Program-made: the position numbers and the translations under genes | From: Rhodobacter sp. | Lineage (GTDB): Bacteria > Pseudomonadota > Alphaproteobacteria > Rhodobacterales > Rhodobacteraceae | Assembly: GCA_013821825.1 (NCBI GenBank) | Contig: PNJK01000005.1 | Span: forward strand, 17,703-81,702 | DNA length: 64,000 nt | Direction of reading: 5' to 3' | Part shown: one piece after another, positions 8,226 to 18,064 of the stretch | Numbering within the stretch: the first letter of the stretch is position 1 | Layout: each line of letters opens with the position of its first letter | The notes under the pieces: model-generated | What the model was told of the DNA's origin: nothing | Databases searched by the model: none | Seen by the model: only the letters and a program-made list of their open reading frames with translations

Positions 8226-8296
8226 GTATTTTGGCAGCGCGGAACATTCCGGCGACGCCGCAACGGGCGACTCGCCCAAAGGTTGTGAGGTGGGAC

Positions 8297-9844
8297 GTGG
8301 TCGAGGTGAACAGCGTAGCGGACGGCATCTTTCTTGGCGGCGGGGGCGAGGGCTATGGCCTGCCGCAGAACCTGCTGCTGAAATACGGCAACCGCCACGG
8401 GCTGATTGCGGGGGCCACCGGCACCGGCAAGACAGTGACGCTGCAGATCCTTGCCGAAGGCTTCTCGGCCGCGGGGGTTCCGGTGTTCCTGTCCGACGTG
8501 AAGGGCGACCTGTCCGGCATCGCCGCCCCCGGTTCGGAAAGCCACAAGCTGCACGAGCCGTTCATGAAGCGCGCGGCCAGCATCGGGCTTGACCTGCAAT
8601 ACCGGGCCTTCCCGGTGATCTACTGGGACCTCTTCGGCGAAAAGGGTCACCCGGTCCGCGCCACCGTGTTCGAGATGGGTCCCTTGCTTCTGTCGCGCCT
8701 TCTGGAACTGTCCGAGGCGCAAGAGGGGGTGCTGAACGTCGCCTTCCGGCTGTCGGACGAAGAAGAACTGCCGCTTCTGGACCTGAAGGACTTGCAGGCG
8801 TTGCTGACCTTCGTCGCCGAACATGCGGAGGAGATGTCGGCCCGGTATGGCCTCGTGTCGAAGGACTCGGTCGGTGCCATTCAGCGGCGGCTTCTGGTGC
8901 TGGAAAACCAGGGCGGGGCGCAGCTGTTCGGGGAACCGGCGCTGGATCTGGCCGATCTGATGCTGACCGACGAGAAAGGCCTTGGCAGGATCAGCATCCT
9001 TGCCGCCGACAAGCTGATGAACTCGCCCCGGCTCTACGCGACCTTTCTGCTTTGGCTCTTGTCCGAGCTGTTCGAGGCCTTGCCCGAAGTCGGCGATCCA
9101 GACAAGCCGAAGCTGGTCTTCTTCTTTGACGAGGCGCACCTGCTGTTCGACGGCGCGCCGAAAGCGCTGGTGTCCAAGGTGGAACAGGTGGCGCGGCTGA
9201 TCCGGTCCAAGGGGGTGGGGGTGTATTTCATCACCCAGAACCCGGCAGACGTGCCGGAAGACATCCTTGGCCAGCTGGGCAACCGCGTGCAGCACGCCCT
9301 GCGCGCCTTCACCGCCAAGGACCAGAAGGACCTTGCCAAGGCGGCCGAAACCTACCGCCCGAACCCCCGGTTCCAGATTGACGAGGCGATCCGCGACGTT
9401 GGCACCGGTGAGGCAGTCACCTCGATGCTGGAGGCGAAGGGCATCCCCGGCATCGCCGAGCGCACCCTGATCCGGCCGCCCTCCAGCCAGCTTGGCCCGA
9501 TCGATACTGCGGGCCGGGCATCGGTGATGGCGGCCTCGCCCGTAAAGGGCAAGTATGACACCATCGTCGACCGTGACAGCGCGTGGGAACGCCTTCGCGC
9601 CCGCACAGAACGCAGCGCGCGAGAGGCTGCCGAAGCCGAGGCGCGCGAGGCCGAGGAAAAGCGCGAATTCGACCGCGCCCGCCGCTATGATGGCAAGACC
9701 GAGGAGAAGCCCAGGCGCAGCGCCTCTGGCCGGTCCGATTCCATCGGCACCGCTTTCGCGAAAAGCTTCGCCCGCCAGCTTGGCACCCGGTCCGGTCAGG
9801 CGCTGGTGCGCGGCGTGCTGGGGTCGATCTTCGGCAAGCGCTAG
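8297..9844 (+). CDS. HerA-like P-loop ATPase, DUF853 (YjgR) family
   Basis: The N-terminus IFLGGGGEGYGLPQNLLLKYGNRHGLIAGATGTGKTVTLQILAE (Walker A) aligns with E. coli YjgR as I recall it. A Walker B-like run is LVFFFDEAHLLF. The C-terminal tail is basic and coiled. The start is uncertain: GTG 8297 or 8306, or TTG 8231 as in the track. Confidence 0.8.
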   Translation: MVEVNSVADGIFLGGGGEGYGLPQNLLLKYGNRHGLIAGATGTGKTVTLQILAEGFSAAGVPVFLSDVKGDLSGIAAPGSESHKLHEPFMKRAASIGLDLQYRAFPVIYWDLFGEKGHPVRATVFEMGPLLLSRLLELSEAQEGVLNVAFRLSDEEELPLLDLKDLQALLTFVAEHAEEMSARYGLVSKDSVGAIQRRLLVLENQGGAQLFGEPALDLADLMLTDEKGLGRISILAADKLMNSPRLYATFLLWLLSELFEALPEVGDPDKPKLVFFFDEAHLLFDGAPKALVSKVEQVARLIRSKGVGVYFITQNPADVPEDILGQLGNRVQHALRAFTAKDQKDLAKAAETYRPNPRFQIDEAIRDVGTGEAVTSMLEAKGIPGIAERTLIRPPSSQLGPIDTAGRASVMAASPVKGKYDTIVDRDSAWERLRARTERSAREAAEAEAREAEEKREFDRARRYDGKTEEKPRRSASGRSDSIGTAFAKSFARQLGTRSGQALVRGVLGSIFGKR

Positions 9845-9856
9845 GCCCTTGAACTG

Positions 9857-9892
9857 CCGGATTGCAGAGGCTCTGCGGTCATTGCAATCCGG
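9857..9892. repeat. perfect 10-bp inverted repeat / hairpin after the HerA-like gene
   Basis: CCGGATTGCA-N16-TGCAATCCGG. No T-tract follows, so it may be a U-less terminator or a protein-binding palindrome. Confidence 0.4.
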
Positions 9893-9949
9893 GGTGACAG
9901 CGACCGGAATTTGCGGTCAAGTCTGCCAGCCAATTCGGGGGAGCAAGCT

Positions 9950-10630
9950 ATGAAACGATCACGCATCAATGACATCATGCGTGCGGGTGACGATCTCATC
10001 CGCCAGCATGGCTTTGTCCTGCCGCCTTTCGCCTACTGGAGCCCCGCCGCGTTCAAGGGGCGCAAGGACGCAGGGGCGATTGTCGAAACCCGCATGGGGT
10101 GGGACATCACCGATTACGGGCAGGGCCGATTCGACGAGATGGGACTTTTCCTGTTCACCCTGCGCAACGGGCGGCTGGCTGACCTGCGGCGCGGAGGCGG
10201 CATGTGCTATGCCGAAAAGCTGCTGATCAGCCGGCAGGACCAACTCTCGCCGATGCACACTCATGTCATCAAGGCCGAGGATATCATCAACCGCGGCGGC
10301 GCGACGTTGGTGGTTGAACTTTACGGGTCGGACGACAAGGGCAACTTCGCCGAAGATCGCGGCGGTCTGGTCCGCTGTGACGGGATCGAGCGGCGCTTTG
10401 CCCCCGGCGAAAGGCTGGCGCTGGCGCCGGGCGAAAGCGTCACCCTGATGCCGGGCGACTGGCATGCGTTCTGGGGCGAGGGCGGCGATGTCCTGATCGG
10501 CGAGGTTTCGACCGTCAACGATGACATGACCGACAACATCTTCCGTGAACCGATCGGCCGCTTTGCCAAGATCGAAGAGGACGAGCCGCCGCTGCATCTT
10601 CTGGTCAGCGACTACGAACGCTGGCTCTGA
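9950..10630 (+). CDS. D-lyxose/D-mannose isomerase family cupin (YdaE-like)
   Basis: ATG 9950 follows GGGGGAG. The product is 226 aa: MKRSRINDIMRAGDDLIRQHGFVLPPFAYWSP...WDITDYGQGRFDEMGLFLFTLRNG...LSPMHTH...GDWHAFWGE. The family assignment is from memory. Confidence 0.65.
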   Translation: MKRSRINDIMRAGDDLIRQHGFVLPPFAYWSPAAFKGRKDAGAIVETRMGWDITDYGQGRFDEMGLFLFTLRNGRLADLRRGGGMCYAEKLLISRQDQLSPMHTHVIKAEDIINRGGATLVVELYGSDDKGNFAEDRGGLVRCDGIERRFAPGERLALAPGESVTLMPGDWHAFWGEGGDVLIGEVSTVNDDMTDNIFREPIGRFAKIEEDEPPLHLLVSDYERWL

Positions 10631-10640
10631 AAACCAAAGA

Positions 10641-10657
10641 GGGCGCCAAGAGCGCCC
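10641..10657. terminator. terminator hairpin between convergent genes
   Basis: GGGCGC-CAAGA-GCGCCC. On the minus strand it is followed by TCTTTGGTTTT. Confidence 0.5.
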
Positions 10658-10684
10658 CCTTCGTCATATCAACGGATGCTTGCG

Positions 10685-11629
10685 TCAGTCGCCGGCAGGG
10701 GCCGGGGGGCAAACGCCGTCCACCAGCGCCGAGGCGCAAACCGGGGCGACCGCAGGGGCGACCGCAGGGGCCGTCTCTGCAACCGGGGTAACCGCTGCGG
10801 CAGCAGCCGGAGCCCCGCCCACGGCAATCGACGGTGGCGGCAGGATCTTCAGCGCTGGCACCGCACCAACCGGGACCACCAGCTCAACAGGGTCTGCGAC
10901 CTTCTTCTTCTCCGCATGCGGCTTCGGGATGGAAAGCCCCTTCGGCATTTCGCCCGAGGCAGTCAGCACGACGACCTTCTCGCCCCCATTCAGACGGCTG
11001 TAGAGGTCGATCACGTCCTGATTGATCATCCGGATGCAACCGGACGACGCGTTGCGCCCGATCGTCTTCCATTCCGGAGTGCCGTGGATGCGGTAGCCAT
11101 AGTCGACGCCGCCCGATTTGAGATAGATCGCCCGCGCGCCCAACGGGTTCGTCGGCCCGCCCGGCTGACCCTTTTCCCATTTGGCCAGCTTGGGATCACG
11201 CTCGATCATTTCCTCAGGCGGAGTCCAGGTCGGCCACGGCTTCCTGTCCGCCACCACGGCTTCACCAGACCATTCGAACCCGGCACGACCGACGGAAATC
11301 CCGTAGCGGAGCGCCTTGTTCTTGCCGACGACATAGTACAGCAGCCGGGTCTTCGGGTTGATGACGATCGTCCCCGGCGGCTGGTCGGTCTCGTAGGCGA
11401 CAACCTGGCGGCGGTAGGTTTCCGGGATCTGCTCGACCGGCAGCGCCGGGATTGCGAAACCCGAGTCCGTCGAGGCGACATAGAGGTTATCGTCCACCTT
11501 CGGCAGCAGCTGGTTCGAGGTCGAGGGGCTTACCCCAGTCTCGACGCAGCCCGCAAGGATCAAAAGCGCAAAGACGGCCGAGGCAGCGGTTCCCTTGCGG
11601 AGCAAACGGATGGTCAGACGCATCATCAA
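10685..11629 (-). CDS. L,D-transpeptidase (YkuD domain) lipoprotein with Ala/Pro-rich C-terminal tail
   Basis: The lipobox is FALLILAGC. The YkuD catalytic motif is YRIHGTPEWKTIGRNASSGCIRMINQDV. The tail APAAAAAVTPVAETAPAVAPAVAP is encoded partly by a 12-bp tandem repeat (GGGGCGACCGCA x2, around 10742..10768). Confidence 0.9.
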   Translation of the reverse strand: MMMRLTIRLLRKGTAASAVFALLILAGCVETGVSPSTSNQLLPKVDDNLYVASTDSGFAIPALPVEQIPETYRRQVVAYETDQPPGTIVINPKTRLLYYVVGKNKALRYGISVGRAGFEWSGEAVVADRKPWPTWTPPEEMIERDPKLAKWEKGQPGGPTNPLGARAIYLKSGGVDYGYRIHGTPEWKTIGRNASSGCIRMINQDVIDLYSRLNGGEKVVVLTASGEMPKGLSIPKPHAEKKKVADPVELVVPVGAVPALKILPPPSIAVGGAPAAAAAVTPVAETAPAVAPAVAPVCASALVDGVCPPAPAGD

Positions 11630-11796
11630 GACTCACTTGTCCACGGCCCGCGGTTGCTTTGACTGGGGCTTCTTGCAACGACGGTACCTTAGCCCTGTCC
11701 TGCCGTCAAACTGTGCCAGTGTCCGAATGCGATCAGGGGCGCGTGAAAAGCGCGTCAAAACAGGCGAAAAAGCAGGTTCTGCCGGCCCCGACCGGC

Positions 11797-12993
11797 TCAG
11801 GTCACCGCGGCGCGGGCCTTGAACTCGGGTTTGTCCCAGGTGCCGTAGTCCATGATCCTTGCCAACACGCTGACCGCGCGGGCCACGTCATCCTCGTCGA
11901 TGTAAAGCGGGGTGAAGCCGAAGCGCAGGATATCTGGCGCGCGGAAATCGCCGATCACGCCCTCGGCGATCAGCGCCTGCATGATGGCGTAGCCCTCGGG
12001 GTGGCGGAAGCTGACCTGGCTGCCGCGCATCAGGTGCGAGCGGGGGGTGGCCAGCGTCAGCATCGGCGCGCGGGTTTCGACCCCCTTGATTAACTGGTCC
12101 TGCAGGCGCAGCGACTGGGCATGCACCTCGGCCATGGAGACGCCGTCCCAGACCTCCATCGCAGCTTCAAGGGCGGCCATCTGCAGGACGGGGGGCGTAC
12201 CGACGCGCATCCTCTCGATCCCCGGACCGGGGCGATATGAAAGGTCGAAGGCAAAAGGCGCTGCATGGCCCAGCCAACCGGAAAGGGCAGGGCGTGCCAC
12301 CTCGGCATGGGCTGGGGCCACATAGATGAAGGCGGGGCCGCCGGGCCCGGAATTGAGATACTTGTAGGTGCAGCCCACCGCGAAATCGGCGCCCGCCCGC
12401 GCCAGATCCACCGGAATTGCGCCTGCGGAATGCGCCAGATCCCAGACGGTGAGAGCCCCCATCTCATGCGCGCGGCGGGTGATGTCGGCCATGTCGTGCC
12501 GCCGTCCGGTGCGGTAATCCACCTCTGTCAGCATCACCACCGCCACACTGTCGTCGATCGCCGCCATCACCGCTTCCGGGGAGACGGTTTTCAGCCGGTA
12601 TTGCCCGCCAAGGGTGCGGCAAAGGCCTTCGGCCATGTAGAGGTCGGAGGGGAAATTGCCGGTGTCGGACAGGATCACCCGGCGCTTCGGGTTCATCTCG
12701 AGGGCCGAGGCAAGGGCCTGGTAGACCTTGATCGACAGCGTATCGCCCAGCACGACGGTGCCCGCAGCCGCCCCGATCAGCCGACCCACCCGGTTGCCCA
12801 GAGCCGCCGGCTGCGCCATCCAGCCGGCCTTGTTCCAGCCGCGGATCAGCATTTCGCCCCATTCGGCCTGCACCACCCTGTCAACCCGGGCGGGGGCGGT
12901 CCTGACCATCGGCCCCAGCGAGTTGCCGTCGAGATAGACCACGCCTTCGGGCAGATGGAACAGGGCCTTCGTGGCGGCGAAATCGATCGGCAT
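11797..12993 (-). CDS. kynU: kynureninase
   Basis: 398 aa. Readable segments are LPEGVVYLDGNSLGP, WDLAHSAGAIPVDL and the PLP-lysine context FAVGCTYKYLNSGPGGPAF. Confidence 0.85.
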   Translation of the reverse strand: MPIDFAATKALFHLPEGVVYLDGNSLGPMVRTAPARVDRVVQAEWGEMLIRGWNKAGWMAQPAALGNRVGRLIGAAAGTVVLGDTLSIKVYQALASALEMNPKRRVILSDTGNFPSDLYMAEGLCRTLGGQYRLKTVSPEAVMAAIDDSVAVVMLTEVDYRTGRRHDMADITRRAHEMGALTVWDLAHSAGAIPVDLARAGADFAVGCTYKYLNSGPGGPAFIYVAPAHAEVARPALSGWLGHAAPFAFDLSYRPGPGIERMRVGTPPVLQMAALEAAMEVWDGVSMAEVHAQSLRLQDQLIKGVETRAPMLTLATPRSHLMRGSQVSFRHPEGYAIMQALIAEGVIGDFRAPDILRFGFTPLYIDEDDVARAVSVLARIMDYGTWDKPEFKARAAVT

Positions 12994-13129
12994 CGGGGAG
13001 GTCTCCTCTTCCCGATCTTTATCGGGGCTTCCCCCGGCAATGCCAATACGGAACTACACCGGAACAGGAGAGGGCGCTTGCCCCCGCCACCTGCCTCTGT
13101 CTAGATCACCCCTGACTGAAGGAGGCCAG

Positions 13130-13591
13130 ATGCGACCGTTCCTTACCATGATCGACCTGCCGCCATTCTGGCTGGCCGCCCATTTGGCAGGCGTCTGGGT
13201 GCTGGCGCTGATCTCTCCGCCGCTGTTTGGCGAGGTGGGCGACTGGCTGGGCCGAAGCCTCGTGCTTCTTGGCATCGGAGTCACCGTGATCGCCGTGCTG
13301 CAGATGACACAGCACCGTACGACCGTGATCCCGCGCCGCACCCCGTCTGCGATAGTCACCACCGGCCTTTTTGCGTGGTCGCGCAATCCGATCTATCTGG
13401 CCGACGCGCTGATTCTGCTGGGGGCCGTGCTTTGGCTTGACGCCATCCTTGCGCTGCCGCTGGTTGCGGTCTTTGCCTGGCTGATCCAGACTCGTTTCAT
13501 CCGCGACGAAGAAGCCCGGCTGACGCTTGCCTTCGGGCCCGAATTCGACCTTTGGGCCGCCCGCACCCGGCGCTGGTTCGGGCGGCAGTGA
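13130..13591 (+). CDS. membrane methyltransferase of the ICMT/PEMT family
   Basis: ATG 13130 follows GAAGGAGG. The product is 153 aa with about 4 hydrophobic helices. The C-terminal motif [20 protein letters not shown]...RDEEARL is typical of this family. Confidence 0.7.
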   Translation: MRPFLTMIDLPPFWLAAHLAGVWVLALISPPLFGEVGDWLGRSLVLLGIGVTVIAVLQMTQHRTTVIPRRTPSAIVTTGLFAWSRNPIYLADALILLGAVLWLDAILALPLVAVFAWLIQTRFIRDEEARLTLAFGPEFDLWAARTRRWFGRQ

Positions 13592-13688
13592 CGCAGCGCT
13601 CTGGCGACAAGTGGGGTTTGAAATATTGTTGCGCGGTGCTAAGTGCATCGAGCCAGTTTTTGGCGCAGGCGACGAAAAGCGGGGGACG

Positions 13689-15266
13689 ATGGTGAAGATC
13701 GGAGCACTGACAGAGGTTTTTCCTGGTGAAAACCGGGTAGCGATGACACCGGATTCGGCGCTGCAACTGCTCAAGCTGGGGCATAGCTGCTGCATCCAGT
13801 CCGGGGCGGGGGCCAAGGCCGGGTTTTCCGATGCGCTGTACGCCGCGGCCGGGGTCGAGGTGCTGGACAGCGCGAAGGCGGTGATCGCGGCCTCGGACGT
13901 GATCGTCAAGGTGCGCGGGCCCGAGAAGGCGGAACTGTCAAAGCTTGCCGATGGCCAGACGCTGATCAGCTTCTTCTGGCCCGCCCAGAATCCCGACCTC
14001 CTGGAAGCCGCCGCCAGGAAGAACCTGACCGTCGTCGCGATGGACATGGTGCCCCGGATCAGCCGGGCGCAGAAGTTGGACGCGCTGTCGTCGATGGCCA
14101 ATATCGCCGGCTACCGCGCGGTGATCGAGGCCGGGTCGAACTTTGGCCGCTTTTTCACCGGCCAGGTGACTGCGGCGGGCAAGGTGCCCCCGGCCAAGGT
14201 GCTGATCGTCGGCGCAGGCGTTGCGGGGCTTGCGGCCATCGGGACCTCGACCAGCCTCGGCGCGATCACGCTGGCCTTCGACGTGCGCCCCGAAGTGGCC
14301 GAGCAGATTGAATCGATGGGGGCGGAATTCGTCTACCTCGACTTTTCCGAGCAAGCGCAGGATGGCGCCGCGACCGGCGGCTATGCGGCCCCCTCCAGCC
14401 CCGAATTCCGCGAGGCGCAGCTGAAGAGGTTCCGCGAGCTTGCGCCGGACATCGACATCGTCATCACCACCGCCCTGATCCCGGGCCGGCCTGCGCCGAA
14501 GCTCTGGACCGAGGATATGGTCAAGATGATGAAGCCGGGCAGCGTCATCGTCGACCTTGCGGCGGAACGCGGCGGCAACTGCGACCTGACGGTGCCGGAC
14601 GAAAAGATCGTGACCGACAACGGCGTGACGATTGTCGGCTATACCGATTTTCCCAGCCGTATGGCGGCGCAGGCCAGCACACTTTATTCGACGAACATCC
14701 GCCACATGCTGACCGACCTGACGCCGAAGAAAGACGGCGTGATCCTGCACGACATGGAGGATGACGTGATCCGCGGCGCTACCGTAGCGCATGTGGGTGC
14801 CGTGACCTATCCGCCGCCGCCACCAAAGATCGCGGCGATTGCGGCGGCAAAACCGAAGGAAAAGCCGAAAGAGCTGACCCCGGTCGAGCGCCGGGCGCAG
14901 GAAGTGGCCGCCTTCAAGGCGCAGACCCGCAGCCAGGTTGGCCTCCTGGCCATCGGCGGCGGGTTGATGCTGCTGGCCGGGCTTTACGCGCCTGCCAGCT
15001 TCATGTCGAACTTCATCGTCTTCGTGCTGGCGGTCTTTGTCGGCTTCCAGGTGATCTGGAACGTCTCGCATTCGCTGCACACGCCCCTGATGGCGATCAC
15101 CAACGCGATTTCGTCGATCATCATCCTGGGTGCCCTGATGCAGATCGGGACGGGCAACTGGCTTTTGATCGTCCTTGCAGCGCTGTCGGTCTTCATGGCC
15201 GGGATCAACATTTTCGGTGGCTTCATGGTCACCCGGCGCATGCTCGCCATGTTCCAGAAGTCGTAA
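13689..15266 (+). CDS. pntA: NAD(P) transhydrogenase subunit alpha (fused dI + membrane part)
   Basis: ATG 13689 gives 525 aa. The NAD Rossmann motif is [34 protein letters not shown] is present, and the C-terminus has 4 TM helices. Confidence 0.95.
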   Translation: MVKIGALTEVFPGENRVAMTPDSALQLLKLGHSCCIQSGAGAKAGFSDALYAAAGVEVLDSAKAVIAASDVIVKVRGPEKAELSKLADGQTLISFFWPAQNPDLLEAAARKNLTVVAMDMVPRISRAQKLDALSSMANIAGYRAVIEAGSNFGRFFTGQVTAAGKVPPAKVLIVGAGVAGLAAIGTSTSLGAITLAFDVRPEVAEQIESMGAEFVYLDFSEQAQDGAATGGYAAPSSPEFREAQLKRFRELAPDIDIVITTALIPGRPAPKLWTEDMVKMMKPGSVIVDLAAERGGNCDLTVPDEKIVTDNGVTIVGYTDFPSRMAAQASTLYSTNIRHMLTDLTPKKDGVILHDMEDDVIRGATVAHVGAVTYPPPPPKIAAIAAAKPKEKPKELTPVERRAQEVAAFKAQTRSQVGLLAIGGGLMLLAGLYAPASFMSNFIVFVLAVFVGFQVIWNVSHSLHTPLMAITNAISSIIILGALMQIGTGNWLLIVLAALSVFMAGINIFGGFMVTRRMLAMFQKS

Positions 15267-15276
15267 GGGGCGCGTC

Positions 15277-16710
15277 ATGGATTACGGATTCACCACGGCG
15301 GCCTATGTCGTTGCAGCGGTTCTCTTCATCCTCTCGCTCGGGGGACTTTCCGGCCAGGAAAGCGCCAAGCGCGCGGTCTGGTACGGCATCGTCGGCATGG
15401 CGCTGGCGGTGCTCGCCACGCTTTACGGACCGGGCTTCGGGCTTTGGTGGCTGTCGGTCGCGCTGATCGCGGGCGGCGGGGCCATCGGCTGGGTTGTAGC
15501 CCAACGCGTGCAGATGACCGAGATGCCGCAGCTGGTGGCCGCGATGCATAGCCTTGTCGGTCTGGCTGCGGTCTTCATCGGCTTCAGCACCCAGATCGAA
15601 ATGGTCCGCGTCGCGGGCATGGACGAAGCGATGCGCGCGGCGCTTGACGGCTTTGCCGCGGTGGTTGCCGACAAGACCGGGGTCGAGGTTGCGATCCTGC
15701 GGGTGGAGACCTTCCTTGGCGTCTTCATCGGGGCGGTGACCTTCACCGGGTCGGTCATCGCCTTCGGCAAGCTTGCGGGCAAGGTGGACGGCAAGGCCAA
15801 GAAGCTCCCGGGCGGGCATCTGCTGAACGCGAGCGCCGCGATCATTTCGGTCGTCCTCCTGGTGGTTTATCTGCAGTCGGGCAGCACGCTGGCCCTCTTG
15901 GGCATGACGGCCGCCGCTTTCTTCATCGGCTATCACCTGATCATGGGGATCGGCGGGGCGGACATGCCGGTGGTGGTGTCGATGCTGAACAGCTATTCCG
16001 GCTGGGCGGCGGCGGCGATCGGCTTTTCGCTGTCCAACGACCTGCTCATCGTCGTCGGCGCGCTGGTCGGCTCGTCGGGTGCGATCCTGAGCTACATCAT
16101 GTGCAAGGCGATGAACCGGTCGTTCATCTCTGTGATCCTTGGCGGTTTCGGCAATACCGCCGGGCCGCAGATGGAGGTCAGCGGCGAACAGATCGCCATC
16201 GACGCCGAAGGTGTGGCGGCGGCGCTGAACGACGCGGATTCGGTGATCATCATCCCGGGCTACGGGATGGCCGTGGCGCAGGCGCAGCAATCGGTCTCGG
16301 AACTGACGCGCAAGCTGCGCGCCAAGGGCAAGACCGTCCGCTTCGCCATCCACCCGGTCGCGGGGCGTCTGCCCGGCCACATGAACGTGCTTCTGGCCGA
16401 GGCGAAGGTGCCCTACGACATCGTGCTGGAGATGGACGAGATCAACGAGGATTTCCCGGAAACCGATGTCGCCATCGTCATCGGCTCGAACGACATCGTG
16501 AACCCGGCGGCGCAGGAAGACCCGAACAGCCCGATCGCGGGGATGCCGGTGCTGGAATGCTGGAAGGCGAAACAGGTGTTCGTGTCCAAGCGCGGGCAGG
16601 GGACCGGCTATTCCGGGATCGAGAACCCGCTGTTCTACAAGGAGAACACGCGGATGTTCTACGGCGACGCGAAGAAGTCGCTGGACGCACTGTTGCCGAT
16701 GATCGACTAG
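15277..16710 (+). CDS. pntB: NAD(P) transhydrogenase subunit beta
   Basis: ATG 15277 gives 477 aa. The N-terminal half is polytopic. The C-terminal NADP(H) domain reads [14 protein letters not shown]...[18 protein letters not shown]. Confidence 0.95.
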   Translation: MDYGFTTAAYVVAAVLFILSLGGLSGQESAKRAVWYGIVGMALAVLATLYGPGFGLWWLSVALIAGGGAIGWVVAQRVQMTEMPQLVAAMHSLVGLAAVFIGFSTQIEMVRVAGMDEAMRAALDGFAAVVADKTGVEVAILRVETFLGVFIGAVTFTGSVIAFGKLAGKVDGKAKKLPGGHLLNASAAIISVVLLVVYLQSGSTLALLGMTAAAFFIGYHLIMGIGGADMPVVVSMLNSYSGWAAAAIGFSLSNDLLIVVGALVGSSGAILSYIMCKAMNRSFISVILGGFGNTAGPQMEVSGEQIAIDAEGVAAALNDADSVIIIPGYGMAVAQAQQSVSELTRKLRAKGKTVRFAIHPVAGRLPGHMNVLLAEAKVPYDIVLEMDEINEDFPETDVAIVIGSNDIVNPAAQEDPNSPIAGMPVLECWKAKQVFVSKRGQGTGYSGIENPLFYKENTRMFYGDAKKSLDALLPMID

Positions 16711-16773
16711 GGCCCGGTGCCTGCACCGGCACAGCGTTCCCGGCCCATGGGCCGGGAAGCTGCGGCTAAGGGG

Positions 16774-17958
16774 ATGACGATGGCAAAGCTGCCCAAGGGC
16801 ATCGTGGCGCTGGGTTTTGTCAGCCTGTTCATGGACATCTCGTCCGAGATGATCCACGCCCTGCTGCCGCTGTATCTGGTCGGCACGCTTGGCGCCTCGG
16901 CGCTTGTGCTGGGGCTGATCGAGGGCGCGGGCGAGGCGCTGGCGCAGATCACCAAACTGTTCTCGGGATACTTCAGCGACCGTTCCGGGCGCCGCAAGCC
17001 GCTGGCCGTGTTGGGTTATGGCCTCAGCGCCGCGACCAAGCCGCTGTTCGCGGTGGCTGGCGCGCCCGGGCTGGTGCTGGTGGCGCGGCTGGCGGACCGG
17101 TTGGGCAAGGGTATCCGCGGCGCGCCGCGCGACGCCCTGGTGGCTGATCTTGTCCCACCTGAGCTGCGCGGGGCGGCCTATGGCCTGCGGCAAGCGCTGG
17201 ATACAGTCGGGGCGGTCGCGGGGCCGCTGCTGGCCATCGGCCTGATGCTTGTCCTTGCCGGAAACGTGCGGCTGATCTTCCTGATCGCGGTGATCCCGGC
17301 GCTGGTGGCGGTGGCGATCCTGCTGGTCTTCGTGCGCGAACCCGACCGCGCGGCCGGCCGGACCAGCGACCGGAAGGCTCCGCCCAGGCTGGACCGCGCC
17401 AGCCTGGGCCGGATCGGCAAAGGGGTCTGGATTGCGGTGACCATCGGTTCGGTGATGACCATGGCGCGGTTTTCGGACGCCTTCCTGATCCTGCGGGCGG
17501 GTGAGGTCGGCTTTGCGATGACCTATGCGCCCCTGGTTCTGATCGTGATGAATGTGGTCTATGCCAGCTCGGCCTGGCCCCTTGGCGCGCTGTCGGACAG
17601 GATCGGCAAGGGCGGACTTCTGGCGGCAGGCTTTGCGGTGCTGGCGCTGGCCGATCTGGTCCTGGCCTTCGGCGAGGGGCCCCTTGCGGTTCTGGTCGGC
17701 ACAGCGCTCTGGGGGTTGCATCTGGGCCTGACGCAGGGGCTGTTGGCGGCCATGGTCGCCGACGCCGCGCCGGCGGACCTGCGCGGAACTGCCTTCGGGC
17801 TGTTCAACCTGGCCACCGGACTGGCGCTGCTTGCGGGTAACGGACTGGCCGGCCTGATCTGGGCCGCCTTCGGCTCTGCCGCCTGCTTTTCGCTCGGTGC
17901 CGGGCTTGCCTTGCTGTCGCTTCTGGCGATGGCGGTCCACCGGATGCGACCGGGGTGA
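16774..17958 (+). CDS. MFS transporter
   Basis: About 394 aa with 12 predicted hydrophobic segments. The MFS loop motif is FSDRSGRRKPLAVLG and LADRLGKGIRGAPRDAL. The start could be 16717, 16774 or 16780. Confidence 0.8.
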   Translation: MTMAKLPKGIVALGFVSLFMDISSEMIHALLPLYLVGTLGASALVLGLIEGAGEALAQITKLFSGYFSDRSGRRKPLAVLGYGLSAATKPLFAVAGAPGLVLVARLADRLGKGIRGAPRDALVADLVPPELRGAAYGLRQALDTVGAVAGPLLAIGLMLVLAGNVRLIFLIAVIPALVAVAILLVFVREPDRAAGRTSDRKAPPRLDRASLGRIGKGVWIAVTIGSVMTMARFSDAFLILRAGEVGFAMTYAPLVLIVMNVVYASSAWPLGALSDRIGKGGLLAAGFAVLALADLVLAFGEGPLAVLVGTALWGLHLGLTQGLLAAMVADAAPADLRGTAFGLFNLATGLALLAGNGLAGLIWAAFGSAACFSLGAGLALLSLLAMAVHRMRPG

Positions 17959-18064
17959 CAAGCGGTATGCGATTGTGTGCCGCAAGCGCAGGAAATCATT
18001 GATGATCCTGTTTTACATTCGCGCCGGCTGCCGATAGCGTCACCTGGTTCCCCGGAGAGTGTCC

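Noticed and set aside
8146-8592. Plus-strand ORF following a very strong SD-like AGGGAGGAAG (8151..8160)
   Set aside because: No start codon lies at a functional distance after the SD-like run. The ORF overlaps the HerA-like gene out of frame and translates to Arg/Gly-rich nonsense. The purine run is better read as the complement of the CUUCCUCCC loop of the minus-strand sRNA candidate.
15229-17985. 918-aa minus-strand ORF, and similar giants at 35751..38393 (880 aa), 57310..59298 (662 aa), 21295..23190 (631 aa), 5610..7292 (560 aa), 49998..51665 (555 aa), 52831..54378 (515 aa)
   Set aside because: Each lies antisense or out of frame to a gene with clear family motifs (pntB/MFS, the histidine kinase, pepA, the binding protein, ACP/KAS, rsmA/pdxA, lptD). 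Their translations are dominated by Arg, Gly, Pro, His, Ala and Gln runs with no recognisable domain. Long open antisense frames are expected in DNA this GC-rich because stop codons are AT-rich.
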